This document shows positions 1 to 8,468 of a stretch of DNA of 64,000 nucleotides, in pieces. The translations under genes and the position numbers were made by a program. Within the stretch, counting starts at the first letter, position 1. Each line of letters starts with the position of its first letter. The notes beneath the pieces were generated by a model. It saw only the letters and a list, made by a program, of their open reading frames with translations, had not been told where the DNA came from and did no database searches. Origin of the DNA: a virus; the IMG/VR virus record IMGVR_UViG_3300012347_000211, positions 58,555 through 122,554 of that record; one strand, written 5' to 3'.

Positions 1-2523
1 GAAATCTACGCCAGTACGGACTGCAACGAAGTTCAACTGGATAAAGTTGATCGACTTAGCAGGCTTGATGTAGATATCGCCAACGAATTCGTTGCGGTCA
101 ATTACTTCGCCAGTGTTGTTTGTAGTATCGCAAACGACCTTGAAGTCGTAGATACCACGACGACCCTGTACGTCGCGTAGGAATGGTTCAACCAATGCAC
201 GGAACTGAGCACGTGTGAAGTCATCGTTGAATTCGAACAATGTGAACTTAGCTGCTGTTGCAACTGCCTTCTCAAGCACGATGAACAAACGACGTACGTT
301 AATACGATCGAATGCGCTTGGCTTGTTGAGCAATGTCTTGTCACCAAACAAGATCACGCCTTGACCAGGGAAAGCAACAACTGGGTTGACGCCTGCCTTG
401 TAAAGGATATCGCGCTCAGCCTTATCAGGGTTGAAAGCGAGCTTAACAACGTTCTTGATCTGACCGCGGTTGAAACCAGCTGGAGACCACCATGGATCAC
501 GCAAGTCATCAGTACGTACGCACAAACCACCAGTATCGCCGTTCAACGGGATCCAACGGTATACGTCGTTGTACTTGTCGTATTGGTACTTGTAACCGGA
601 GTCAAGCACAGCATAAGAAGTGCTACGCAACGAGTTACGGAAGTTCACTACGTTTGTTTCTTCAGATCCATCTGACACACGAACGACGTCGTCTTTGTCT
701 GGAGAAATGAATACCACGCAATCTTTACGCTTTTCGGCAACGTTGTCGATCAGGTAGTTAGCCAATTGACCGAAGTTGTCGTTCGATGTACCACGAGCCT
801 TACCAGCAAGGAGCAACGAAACGTCAACATCTTCAGCAGAAGCGAACAAGTCATATGCACGAGTCAAGTCACCGATAGCGATAGTCGATTCGTCGGAACC
901 GTCTTGGCCTTGAGTAAATGATAGCGACAATGGCTTTGTATTGGTGGAAGAAGCGATTGTACGAGCGTTTGCAGAAGCTGCGCCGGCACGATCGTTAGCA
1001 AACCATACGTATTGCGATGCGTCGTTGATTACAGTCTTGTAGTAGTTTACAGCGCCGTCTTTGGTCTTAGCATCAGTTGCACGTGAAAGTCCAGAGAACA
1101 CTTCAACAACTGTACCTGGGATACCAGAAACTTCACCATCTTCGTCTACAACCACAACGTGAACTTCATCAACAGCGGCGGTGTTACCGAAGCTGGTTAC
1201 ATATTCGCTGGTGCCTGGAGCAACAGAAACGTTGTTGTAGTATTCCCACTTACGGGTCAACTTGTTAGTAGCTTCAACAGAAGTGTCGAAAGCTGTAGCA
1301 AGTGTGTATTGGTTATCTGTAGTGATTGTGAAAGAAGCAGCTGTCGAGTTGACAGTCAATCCGCTAACAGCAGTAACTTTCAGATATTGCTTACCGATAG
1401 ACGAGTTACCAACTTCAACCACATCACCGATAGTGAGCGAGTTGAGGGTAGTGTTAGCTGTCGTGGTTGGCAAACCATCAACAAAACGTCCTGCGATACG
1501 AGCAGTAGCAGCGCTGGTTGCACCAACGATGTTGTAGCTACCTGCAGTGTACAATGCCCAAGCAGTGTTCTGACCTGTGGTAGACGACACGGTGATTGCA
1601 GTGGAGTTTACAGCAGAAACTGTACCCATAGCCACGTTAGCAGTACCGTTAGATTGGTATACTGTTTCAGCAACTTGCCATGTACCGCTGATGTTTGTAA
1701 CAGTCAATACGCCGTTTTGTGCGTTTGCCTGAACAACAACGTTCAATTGAGTAGCGCCAACAGCCATGCTTGCTTTAGTAGCAGTGCCGTCGATGAAAGA
1801 GTTACCAGCTAGGATTTGGTCGGAAGAGTATGCTGCTGCAGAGTCGCAAACAGAAATCTTCAACGAGTTACCAATGCTTCCTGGATACTTAGCGATGTAC
1901 TGGACATCAGTATCGTCATCCAATGTCGCACCAAACTCTTTATAATCATAGTCGTCAGTATTCTTGACGGTGTAGTTATAGATGTTTGTGACGATACCGG
2001 AGTTAGCAACAGCCGACTTAACGATTGTTGTATCTTCTGTAACCAACGTAACTGCAGTGTTAGTGCTTGCGTTGATCAAGTTTGCGGAAGTGTTGAACAC
2101 ACCTTGAGTGCTTGTCGAGTTGATGGTAACTGCAGTTGCGTTAACAGTAAGAACTGTACCGACAGCGGAGTTAGCACCAGACGCAAAGCGCTGATATGCT
2201 GGTTGACCAACAGTAAAGCCTGTATTAGAAGCGATATTGATAGTGATCACACCAGGATTGGTGGTTTTAGCTGCACGTGCGACGTACAACTTATTACCGT
2301 AAGCCAAGAAGTTGGCAGCGGTAAAGAATGTTTCAGCGTTAAATGTTGTCGGCTTACCGAAACGAGCAGCAAGCTCAGACTCGGTACTGACTAACGAACG
2401 GGTATCTACAGGACCCCAACGGAACGCGCCAGCGATGGCACCTTCCGTAGAAGAGACTGCAGGGACAACCGTAGTTAGGTCAATTTCGGACACATTTACG
2501 CCAGGACTGACTTGAAATGGCAT
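1..2523 (-). CDS. gp18: Tail sheath protein, 3'-truncated by window edge, >=841 aa, with inserted beta-rich modules
   Basis: Absent from the ORF track because it runs off the edge. Manual translation starts MPFQVSPGVNVSEIDLTTVVP at ATG 2523, contains FLTAANFLAYGNKLYVARA, and ends ...KPAKSINFIQLNFVAVRTGVDF at position 1, the typical T4-like sheath C-terminus. Directly follows gp17. Confidence 0.96.
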   Translation of the reverse strand, partial: MPFQVSPGVNVSEIDLTTVVPAVSSTEGAIAGAFRWGPVDTRSLVSTESELAARFGKPTTFNAETFFTAANFLAYGNKLYVARAAKTTNPGVITINIASNTGFTVGQPAYQRFASGANSAVGTVLTVNATAVTINSTSTQGVFNTSANLINASTNTAVTLVTEDTTIVKSAVANSGIVTNIYNYTVKNTDDYDYKEFGATLDDDTDVQYIAKYPGSIGNSLKISVCDSAAAYSSDQILAGNSFIDGTATKASMAVGATQLNVVVQANAQNGVLTVTNISGTWQVAETVYQSNGTANVAMGTVSAVNSTAITVSSTTGQNTAWALYTAGSYNIVGATSAATARIAGRFVDGLPTTTANTTLNSLTIGDVVEVGNSSIGKQYLKVTAVSGLTVNSTAASFTITTDNQYTLATAFDTSVEATNKLTRKWEYYNNVSVAPGTSEYVTSFGNTAAVDEVHVVVVDEDGEVSGIPGTVVEVFSGLSRATDAKTKDGAVNYYKTVINDASQYVWFANDRAGAASANARTIASSTNTKPLSLSFTQGQDGSDESTIAIGDLTRAYDLFASAEDVDVSLLLAGKARGTSNDNFGQLANYLIDNVAEKRKDCVVFISPDKDDVVRVSDGSEETNVVNFRNSLRSTSYAVLDSGYKYQYDKYNDVYRWIPLNGDTGGLCVRTDDLRDPWWSPAGFNRGQIKNVVKLAFNPDKAERDILYKAGVNPVVAFPGQGVILFGDKTLLNKPSAFDRINVRRLFIVLEKAVATAAKFTLFEFNDDFTRAQFRALVEPFLRDVQGRRGIYDFKVVCDTTNNTGEVIDRNEFVGDIYIKPAKSINFIQLNFVAVRTGVDF

Positions 2524-2566
2524 ATTGATCTCCCTATAGTAAAGGTTATACTTTTAGACTTGTGTA

Positions 2567-2574
2567 TATTTATA
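2567..2574 (-). promoter_or_regulatory. T4-type late promoter TATAAATA upstream of gp18
   Basis: tatttata on + strand, in the gp17-gp18 intergenic gap ~45 nt before the gp18 ATG. Confidence 0.85.
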
Positions 2575-2591
2575 AAATACCCGTTTACTAC

Positions 2592-4229
2592 TTATTGCAG
2601 TGTGTAAGCGCGCTCACCAGGATCGCCATCGAATAGCAACCATCTGTCATCATTGACCGACATGATTATGTCGTCACCTAGTGGCTGCTTATCGTCGATA
2701 ATGCCAAATGGTGTCAAGTCGTCTTCGAGCATTTTCTGATTTGTCTCAGAGAATGATCTGCGGAAATCGTTATTGATTACCTCTTTTATATAGGGTTGGT
2801 TAATCATCCAGGATAACAACACCAAAGTCATTACCAAGTCATCGTTGCCATCTTCAGCTTCGAATGACTCGCCCTTTGCAGAGAATCTATAGAGTTCTTG
2901 CAGAATTTCGTGATCGTTGATGAACAGTCTATCCGACTCAATCAACGTTTTAAGGACACTGCAGCCAATCTTCTTCACGGTCTTCGATGTCTTTACACCG
3001 ATCTGCATTTGCTGTCCAGCAAAGCCGCCCGAGATGGTTTGGCTTCCTCTCTCATTCGATGTGAATAGAGTGTTCTCATATTCCAGATCGTAATAAAGAA
3101 TGTCCGCTACCTGTTTACCAATGTCGTTTGATTCAACGAGTACCAACGCATTGTTGTAATGTCTCGCGAACTTGTATACGATATCTGGATACAATAGAGA
3201 CGAAATCCTGTTGTTCCTATACCGAGCAACCACCTGATATGGGAAGCTCGTTATGTCAGTTACTGTGAAGGCTGAATAATCTTGTCCAAGTGCTCTTGAC
3301 GAGTCAACTACAATAGCATATAATCGCTCTGCGGCTGGTTCAGAATATACTTTAATATCTGAGTTCTGATGAATAGGATTGTTGTAAGTTAGCCTCATCA
3401 ACACGTTAGCGTCGATCAGCGTATTAGAAGAACCCAAGAATTCACATTCGTATTCCTGACGGAACTGCTCCGCAGATGTGTTGCGGATCGTTTCTTCTTT
3501 CCATCTTTCATCACGGCCAGGCACGCCAGACCAATGAACACTAACTCTCTTGTAGTCGTTTCGGCCTTCCTCACTATCCTTCCAAATCTTATGAAACATA
3601 TTCATACCGTTTGGCGTAGATGTGATCAATACCTTAGATGTCTTACCAGAAGAGATTGTTGGGTACACAGAAGCGAAGAACTCGTCCTGCAGAGTGTTCT
3701 GCACGAAAGCAAATTCGTCAAGGTAGATCAGGTTCTGAGACGTACCACGAATAGCACTGGATGATGTAGCAGATGCAATGATCGAAGACTTGTTCGCCAA
3801 TTCGATGTTGCCCTTGTTCCATTCGACGATGCCTTGCTGAATCCATTTAGGTAGATTCTCATAAGCGAATTGCAGACGGCTAAGAATTTCACGAGCCTGT
3901 GATAGCTTGTTAGCCAAGATAGCGATCGAGAAGCCTTCGTTAAACAGCACATACCATAATAGCAGACCAACAATAGCCGTTGTCTTACCACACTGACGTG
4001 GCATCTTACACACAACGAAACGATTAGCGATTGCTGTGTTGAAGATTTCCTTCTGAAACTCATATGGGCGGAACGGAACCACACCATCATCAACGCTGAT
4101 GATCTTTACATAGTTTGTGATGAAGTACTCAGCATCCTCTGCACACTTTGCATACTCGACAATTTGTTCGGCAGAGAATTCAAGAACGTCTCTGCTAGAG
4201 GAGAGGTTCTGGTTACCATTATAAGACAT
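2592..4229 (-). CDS. gp17: Terminase large subunit
   Basis: Walker A MPRQCGKTT, Walker B LIYLDEFAFV, ITSTPNG motif, FRQEYECEFLGS, nuclease acidic motifs (VDSSRALGQDYS, NDDLVM). 545 aa with no visible intein or intron. Confidence 0.97.
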   Translation of the reverse strand: MSYNGNQNLSSSRDVLEFSAEQIVEYAKCAEDAEYFITNYVKIISVDDGVVPFRPYEFQKEIFNTAIANRFVVCKMPRQCGKTTAIVGLLLWYVLFNEGFSIAILANKLSQAREILSRLQFAYENLPKWIQQGIVEWNKGNIELANKSSIIASATSSSAIRGTSQNLIYLDEFAFVQNTLQDEFFASVYPTISSGKTSKVLITSTPNGMNMFHKIWKDSEEGRNDYKRVSVHWSGVPGRDERWKEETIRNTSAEQFRQEYECEFLGSSNTLIDANVLMRLTYNNPIHQNSDIKVYSEPAAERLYAIVVDSSRALGQDYSAFTVTDITSFPYQVVARYRNNRISSLLYPDIVYKFARHYNNALVLVESNDIGKQVADILYYDLEYENTLFTSNERGSQTISGGFAGQQMQIGVKTSKTVKKIGCSVLKTLIESDRLFINDHEILQELYRFSAKGESFEAEDGNDDLVMTLVLLSWMINQPYIKEVINNDFRRSFSETNQKMLEDDLTPFGIIDDKQPLGDDIIMSVNDDRWLLFDGDPGERAYTLQ

Positions 4230-4232
4230 AGA

Positions 4233-4643
4233 TTAGGAGTTGTTCTTTTCTTTGAGCATCTTTAGGAGCTCAGCAGTAGAACCAACAAACATATTATTAT
4301 TGGTCACTTGTTTGTTAGGCCCACTCTCGTCTTGCTTGAGTAGGTCCTTCTTGCGCTTCTGCAATTCCATCAAGTCTTTGTTTGCAGCAACGAGTGAGTT
4401 CATTAGTGTAGCCACAACTTCGTAGCTACGGGGATGCTGAGACTGTGCTGCAACATCTAGGATACCAGTCAGAGCTTCTTGACCCTTTTCGATCGTGCTC
4501 ACTAAGTTGCCACGGGCATACTCAAAGTCATCTGAGATCTGTGTTGGATCTACTTGAGTTATATTGACCGCAGGCAGAACTTCTTGCATCGGAGCAAGAT
4601 CCAGTGTTCTGCTAATTGGGTCATCTTTCGGTTCACTCATCAC
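4233..4643 (-). CDS. gp16: Terminase small subunit
   Basis: DDFEYARGNL...HPRSYEV...NNNMFVGSTAELLKMLK signature; lies between gp15 and gp17. Confidence 0.93.
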   Translation of the reverse strand: MMSEPKDDPISRTLDLAPMQEVLPAVNITQVDPTQISDDFEYARGNLVSTIEKGQEALTGILDVAAQSQHPRSYEVVATLMNSLVAANKDLMELQKRKKDLLKQDESGPNKQVTNNNMFVGSTAELLKMLKEKNNS

Positions 4644-5434
4644 GTATTCCTTATCACAATATGTCCATAATCTGTACTTGGGTCAATCGCAGAAGGGTCG
4701 ATTGTTATTGCCACGTTCGATGTCGCGGTACCATTAGCCGTCTGCCCAGGCTCAAATGCCATAGAAGATAGCAGCTCAACTTCGCTTGTGGTATCATCGA
4801 AGAAGTTGGTCGTAGCAAGATGAATGAGACCGCTCTTCTTAACAGGACCGTAAAAGTAACCTTTGACGATGAAGTCTAGCGTCCAGATAATAGCCTGACG
4901 CTCGAGGAAGTTGCCTTCGTATGTATCTTGCGAAGTAACGTTGATTAATACGATCGGGATGTCCATCGTGATCCCCATTTCAGGAATCAGATTAACAGTC
5001 GGTGTGAATTCTGGTGTAAAGTACGGAAGGATTTGTTCAACGATCTTCGATCCGTCCTCTGCGTTCTTCACTGCAATATACAGAGTGAACGACATATCAT
5101 ACGGTACAGGAACGTATTGTGAATTGAATTGTGTCGGCGAAGCTTGCTTAAACACCTTGGTTGGTGTTGTTAGTTTGCGGTCAGGTGCGTAGTTCAGAGT
5201 GTTTAGCTCAAACCCCATACGCGGCATTCTGATAGCAGTAGCGGTATCCAAACGAAGGTCATTCGTGATACGAGCGAGCATCTTTTCTTTTGGTCCGTAT
5301 GCAATAGGAACCTTCAACGTCTCGATCGGATTATTAGACGCGTCTGTGCGAGTAATGTAGATGTCGTTGAATAGGGTACCGAATAGCGTAACATACTTAC
5401 GCATCGTGCCGTGGTAAAAGTCGCTTCCGAACAT
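4640..5434 (-). CDS. gp15: Tail sheath stabiliser / tail terminator
   Basis: FYHGTMRKYVTLFGTLFNDI, VPIAYGPKEK, PVPYD, IVEQILPYFTPEF motifs; synteny. Confidence 0.94.
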   Translation of the reverse strand: MFGSDFYHGTMRKYVTLFGTLFNDIYITRTDASNNPIETLKVPIAYGPKEKMLARITNDLRLDTATAIRMPRMGFELNTLNYAPDRKLTTPTKVFKQASPTQFNSQYVPVPYDMSFTLYIAVKNAEDGSKIVEQILPYFTPEFTPTVNLIPEMGITMDIPIVLINVTSQDTYEGNFLERQAIIWTLDFIVKGYFYGPVKKSGLIHLATTNFFDDTTSEVELLSSMAFEPGQTANGTATSNVAITIDPSAIDPSTDYGHIVIRNT

Positions 5435-6159
5435 TAGAATCTCGTTTCGCTGAATGGGTTGATCTCAGAGAAGTCTAAGAAGTCGTCTGATTCAGATTGG
5501 ATTACGTCATTGTCGGCACTAGTATCGATCGACTCGATATCGAATACTTCTTGTACAAGCTGTCCACCATCTTCGTTTAGAAGTTCGAACCCATCTTCCT
5601 GCAATAGCAGGTCGTACGTAATATCCGTGGAGTACTCTTCTGTAAATGCGTCGATCTCGTCTACGCCAGTGTTGAAGAATTCGTTGCTGTATTCCATCAG
5701 TTCGCATGTCAAGTCAAATGCTTGCAGTGAACCCATTTGATAGAACACACCTTCGTGCTCTACAAACTTGATCTGATATAGCTTGTGAGTGAGCGGGAAG
5801 TAGATCACATCGCCTTCACGTGGGCGCGGAATAGCAAGCTCACTACCAACCTCATCAGCAAACACTCTACGTGCTACTGTGAATGTGATCTGGTCTCTGA
5901 TTTGGATGTTGAATTTAGACAAGAAATCACCATCGCCACCAAACCCTTCCACGTTCTTGATATACATCTCGATCGGGAATGCTGAATCGAACGTAGACGC
6001 TTGTGCGTCTTCGCCGTATATTTGATCGTACCTGGTGATCGATCGTGGAAGGTAATACAGGTCGTGGCCGTATATTCTGATCGACTCAATGACGAGATCC
6101 TCGATAAGCCCTTGCTCCATCGAGGATACGAAATTGTTGAAGAAGAAATTAGTTGCCAC
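5434..6159 (-). CDS. gp14: Neck protein
   Basis: EQGLIEDLVIESIRIYG.D.YYLPR, IEMYIKNVEGF, RPREGDVIYFP, C-terminal DFSEINPF. Confidence 0.94.
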   Translation of the reverse strand: MATNFFFNNFVSSMEQGLIEDLVIESIRIYGHDLYYLPRSITRYDQIYGEDAQASTFDSAFPIEMYIKNVEGFGGDGDFLSKFNIQIRDQITFTVARRVFADEVGSELAIPRPREGDVIYFPLTHKLYQIKFVEHEGVFYQMGSLQAFDLTCELMEYSNEFFNTGVDEIDAFTEEYSTDITYDLLLQEDGFELLNEDGGQLVQEVFDIESIDTSADNDVIQSESDDFLDFSEINPFSETRF

Positions 6160-6162
6160 GAA

Positions 6163-6906
6163 TTATCCGATCATGTCCATTACTGGAAGGCTGTAGCTGT
6201 TGATCATCTCAGCTTCCATAGCCTTGATCTCTTCAGCAGCGTCGTCCAGGATCTTCTGACCGTTGAACTGAACGCCACCAGGCAGCTGCATGCCGATAAA
6301 CTTAGTGAGGTTTGCACCCCATTGATATTTGATTTTCGCGGTTGCGTAGTTCTGCAACCAACGGTCGCCCCATGCATCAGTGTAGATGTCTGGATCTACT
6401 ACTTGATATGCATCAACGATGATGAAGGAACCTTCTTTGAGGGTATTCCAATCCATGTCGATGTTCAATCTGTTCATGTGGCGGTTGTAACGGATAGGCT
6501 GTTTGCCTACCAACAACTCTTGAATGATACCAAGATGCTGCATCGTCATGTAGTACGGGATCATCGAAACAGACGTCAGTGTATACAGGTCGTTCAGAGC
6601 AATCTGGTACCTAATGTTGAACAAGTCATCTGCTTTGACCGCAGGATCGCCAATGTTAAAAATACTAACAGCGCCAATGATGTTCTCTGGCAACATGATG
6701 TATTTGTCGATCTTATTCTGGGCTGTAATCTGGTGCTTGTAGTAAACACGCTCGGATCCATCGAAGTGGTAGTCCCAATAGTAACGCAAAGCTTCATCCA
6801 CGCGGTCATCCACTTGATCGTCATCCACGTTGATTTCGATCACAGGTTTGCCTAGCTTGCGCAAGCAATACTCTTTGAATTCGTCTTTTGTTGTTGGGAC
6901 TGCCAT
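6163..6906 (-). CDS. gp13: Neck protein (head-tail adaptor)
   Basis: KEYCLRKLGKPVIEINVDDDQVDDRVDEAL, WLQNYATAKIKYQWGANLTKF..QLPGGV. Confidence 0.95.
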   Translation of the reverse strand: MAVPTTKDEFKEYCLRKLGKPVIEINVDDDQVDDRVDEALRYYWDYHFDGSERVYYKHQITAQNKIDKYIMLPENIIGAVSIFNIGDPAVKADDLFNIRYQIALNDLYTLTSVSMIPYYMTMQHLGIIQELLVGKQPIRYNRHMNRLNIDMDWNTLKEGSFIIVDAYQVVDPDIYTDAWGDRWLQNYATAKIKYQWGANLTKFIGMQLPGGVQFNGQKILDDAAEEIKAMEAEMINSYSLPVMDMIG

Positions 6907-6926
6907 ATTTGCTCCTGGTTATCGGG

Positions 6927-6934
6927 TATTTAGT
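6927..6934 (-). promoter_or_regulatory. Probable late promoter variant (ACTAAATA) upstream of gp13
   Basis: tatttagt on + strand, 20 nt before the gp13 ATG, upstream of a GGAG Shine-Dalgarno. Confidence 0.6.
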
Positions 6935-6953
6935 TTAGTTAAATTCCCAGCCC

Positions 6954-8078
6954 TCATACCCCCACAGATGTGTCCGTCACGCCGATGTAGTGATTTCCAG
7001 ATGCAGCAAACTGCATCCATTGGGATCCTGCTACAGGGGGAAGTATAGACCTATCCGATTGGGACGTGTTGTTGCTCGTCCACTGTGTTATCTGTCCCGT
7101 CACATCGCGCGCATATGTCTTTCCGAGCCACGCCCCCGACCCATATACACTCACCCATCTATTATGAGACATGATTTGTACTGGACTAGAACCATAAGAT
7201 ACGGTCTGTGTCTGACCTTTGCCCCAAGCCCACATAGTTCCATCGGTCTTGAGCGCTATCATGCTTCCTCCGGTTGGGGCAAGCTCAGCAGAACATACAA
7301 TCTGCTTCCAGTTGTTGCCACCAGCGATGGTTTGTACTGGACTCGATTTGTCGGTAGTAGTGTTGTCGCCAAGTTCGCCGTTGGCGTTATAACCCCACCC
7401 CCATAGTGTACCGTCGGTTTTGATTGCGGCCATGCCGCCGTTTCGTGCTAGCGCAAACTTCCAGTTCGTACCTCCCCCAGTAATTTGAGCAGGCTGCGAC
7501 ACGTTGGTGGTGGCGTTCTGACCGAGGTTTCCGTAGGTACCACTACCCCATGTCCACAATGTGCCGTCAGTCTTAATGGCAGCGGCCCCTGAAGTTCCTG
7601 CAGACACAAATCTCCACCCTGTGGATGCAACCACTTGCACAGGGCTAGATCTTCTCTCTGCAAAGCTGGAGAGACCTAGTACATAGTTGCCATTCGACCC
7701 CCACGCCCACAATGTGCTATCGGACTTGAGACCCACAGTGTGGTTTTGGCCTGCGCATATGGTTATCCACCTTCCGGTACTAATCACCTTTACTGGAAAT
7801 GAGTTGGCCACAGTTGTCCCATCACCAAGCTCGCCAAATGAGTTGGACCCCCAAATCCAAGCCGTCCCGTCTGTCTTGATGTATGCCCCATTCCTCCATC
7901 CGCTGAACACACTATCAACTGTAGTCTGTGTAGTAGTACTAACATTACTATGGACGATTGTGATAGATTGGCGTTTGGCACCACCAGCTAGTTCTGGGTA
8001 GTATGCAGTTAATGCCTCATATGTCAGATACACATCCGAGAGATCTGCGTTTGCTATTTTAAACCCTGTATTTGCCAT
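6954..8078 (-). CDS. RCC1/BLIP-II-like beta-propeller repeat protein
   Basis: Repeated ~52-aa units AIKTDGTLWxWGxNxxGxLG...SSPVQ; 374 aa. Confidence 0.85.
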   Translation of the reverse strand: MANTGFKIANADLSDVYLTYEALTAYYPELAGGAKRQSITIVHSNVSTTTQTTVDSVFSGWRNGAYIKTDGTAWIWGSNSFGELGDGTTVANSFPVKVISTGRWITICAGQNHTVGLKSDSTLWAWGSNGNYVLGLSSFAERRSSPVQVVASTGWRFVSAGTSGAAAIKTDGTLWTWGSGTYGNLGQNATTNVSQPAQITGGGTNWKFALARNGGMAAIKTDGTLWGWGYNANGELGDNTTTDKSSPVQTIAGGNNWKQIVCSAELAPTGGSMIALKTDGTMWAWGKGQTQTVSYGSSPVQIMSHNRWVSVYGSGAWLGKTYARDVTGQITQWTSNNTSQSDRSILPPVAGSQWMQFAASGNHYIGVTDTSVGV

Positions 8079-8094
8079 TATTGTTCCGTTCTAA

Positions 8095-8460
8095 TCATTC
8101 GTTTGGCAGCTCGATCCAACTCAGACTATCCTCATCCCAGTTGTAGATCTTGCCATCATCTGGCATTGGAATTGGAGCTTCCCACAAGCAGGTAGTGTCA
8201 TTCAGCATCCAGCTAGCGAATGGCTTAGCGAATATGAAAGCATCTCTGACTTGATCATATGTCCCGCCGATCGATGCATAGTTCATTCTCAGTGCTTCGC
8301 CACCGTCGGGTACTCTGTCTGGGCCATAGTGGACCCCGCCCAATGTATTATATGATGTCTGAATCCACTGATGTCTATCAGGAAAGGTATCTATAATCGA
8401 CTGATCAGCAACGATAATCTGCGTCACGATGTTGTTTTCAACTTTTGCAAAATGTGCCAT
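8095..8460 (-). CDS. Conserved phage hypothetical protein of the type that follows Gly-rich fibre genes (possible fibre assembly chaperone)
   Basis: MAHFAKV..NIVTQIIV, WIQTSYN, LRMNYASIG.TYD..RDAFI, WEAPIPMP motifs recognised by eye; tightly coupled to neighbouring genes. Confidence 0.7.
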   Translation of the reverse strand: MAHFAKVENNIVTQIIVADQSIIDTFPDRHQWIQTSYNTLGGVHYGPDRVPDGGEALRMNYASIGGTYDQVRDAFIFAKPFASWMLNDTTCLWEAPIPMPDDGKIYNWDEDSLSWIELPNE

Positions 8461-8468
8461 ATTATTCC

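Noticed and set aside
2592-4229. Intein or intron in the terminase, or genetic code reassignment
   Set aside because: gp17 is normal length with contiguous motifs, and all core genes read intact in the standard code.
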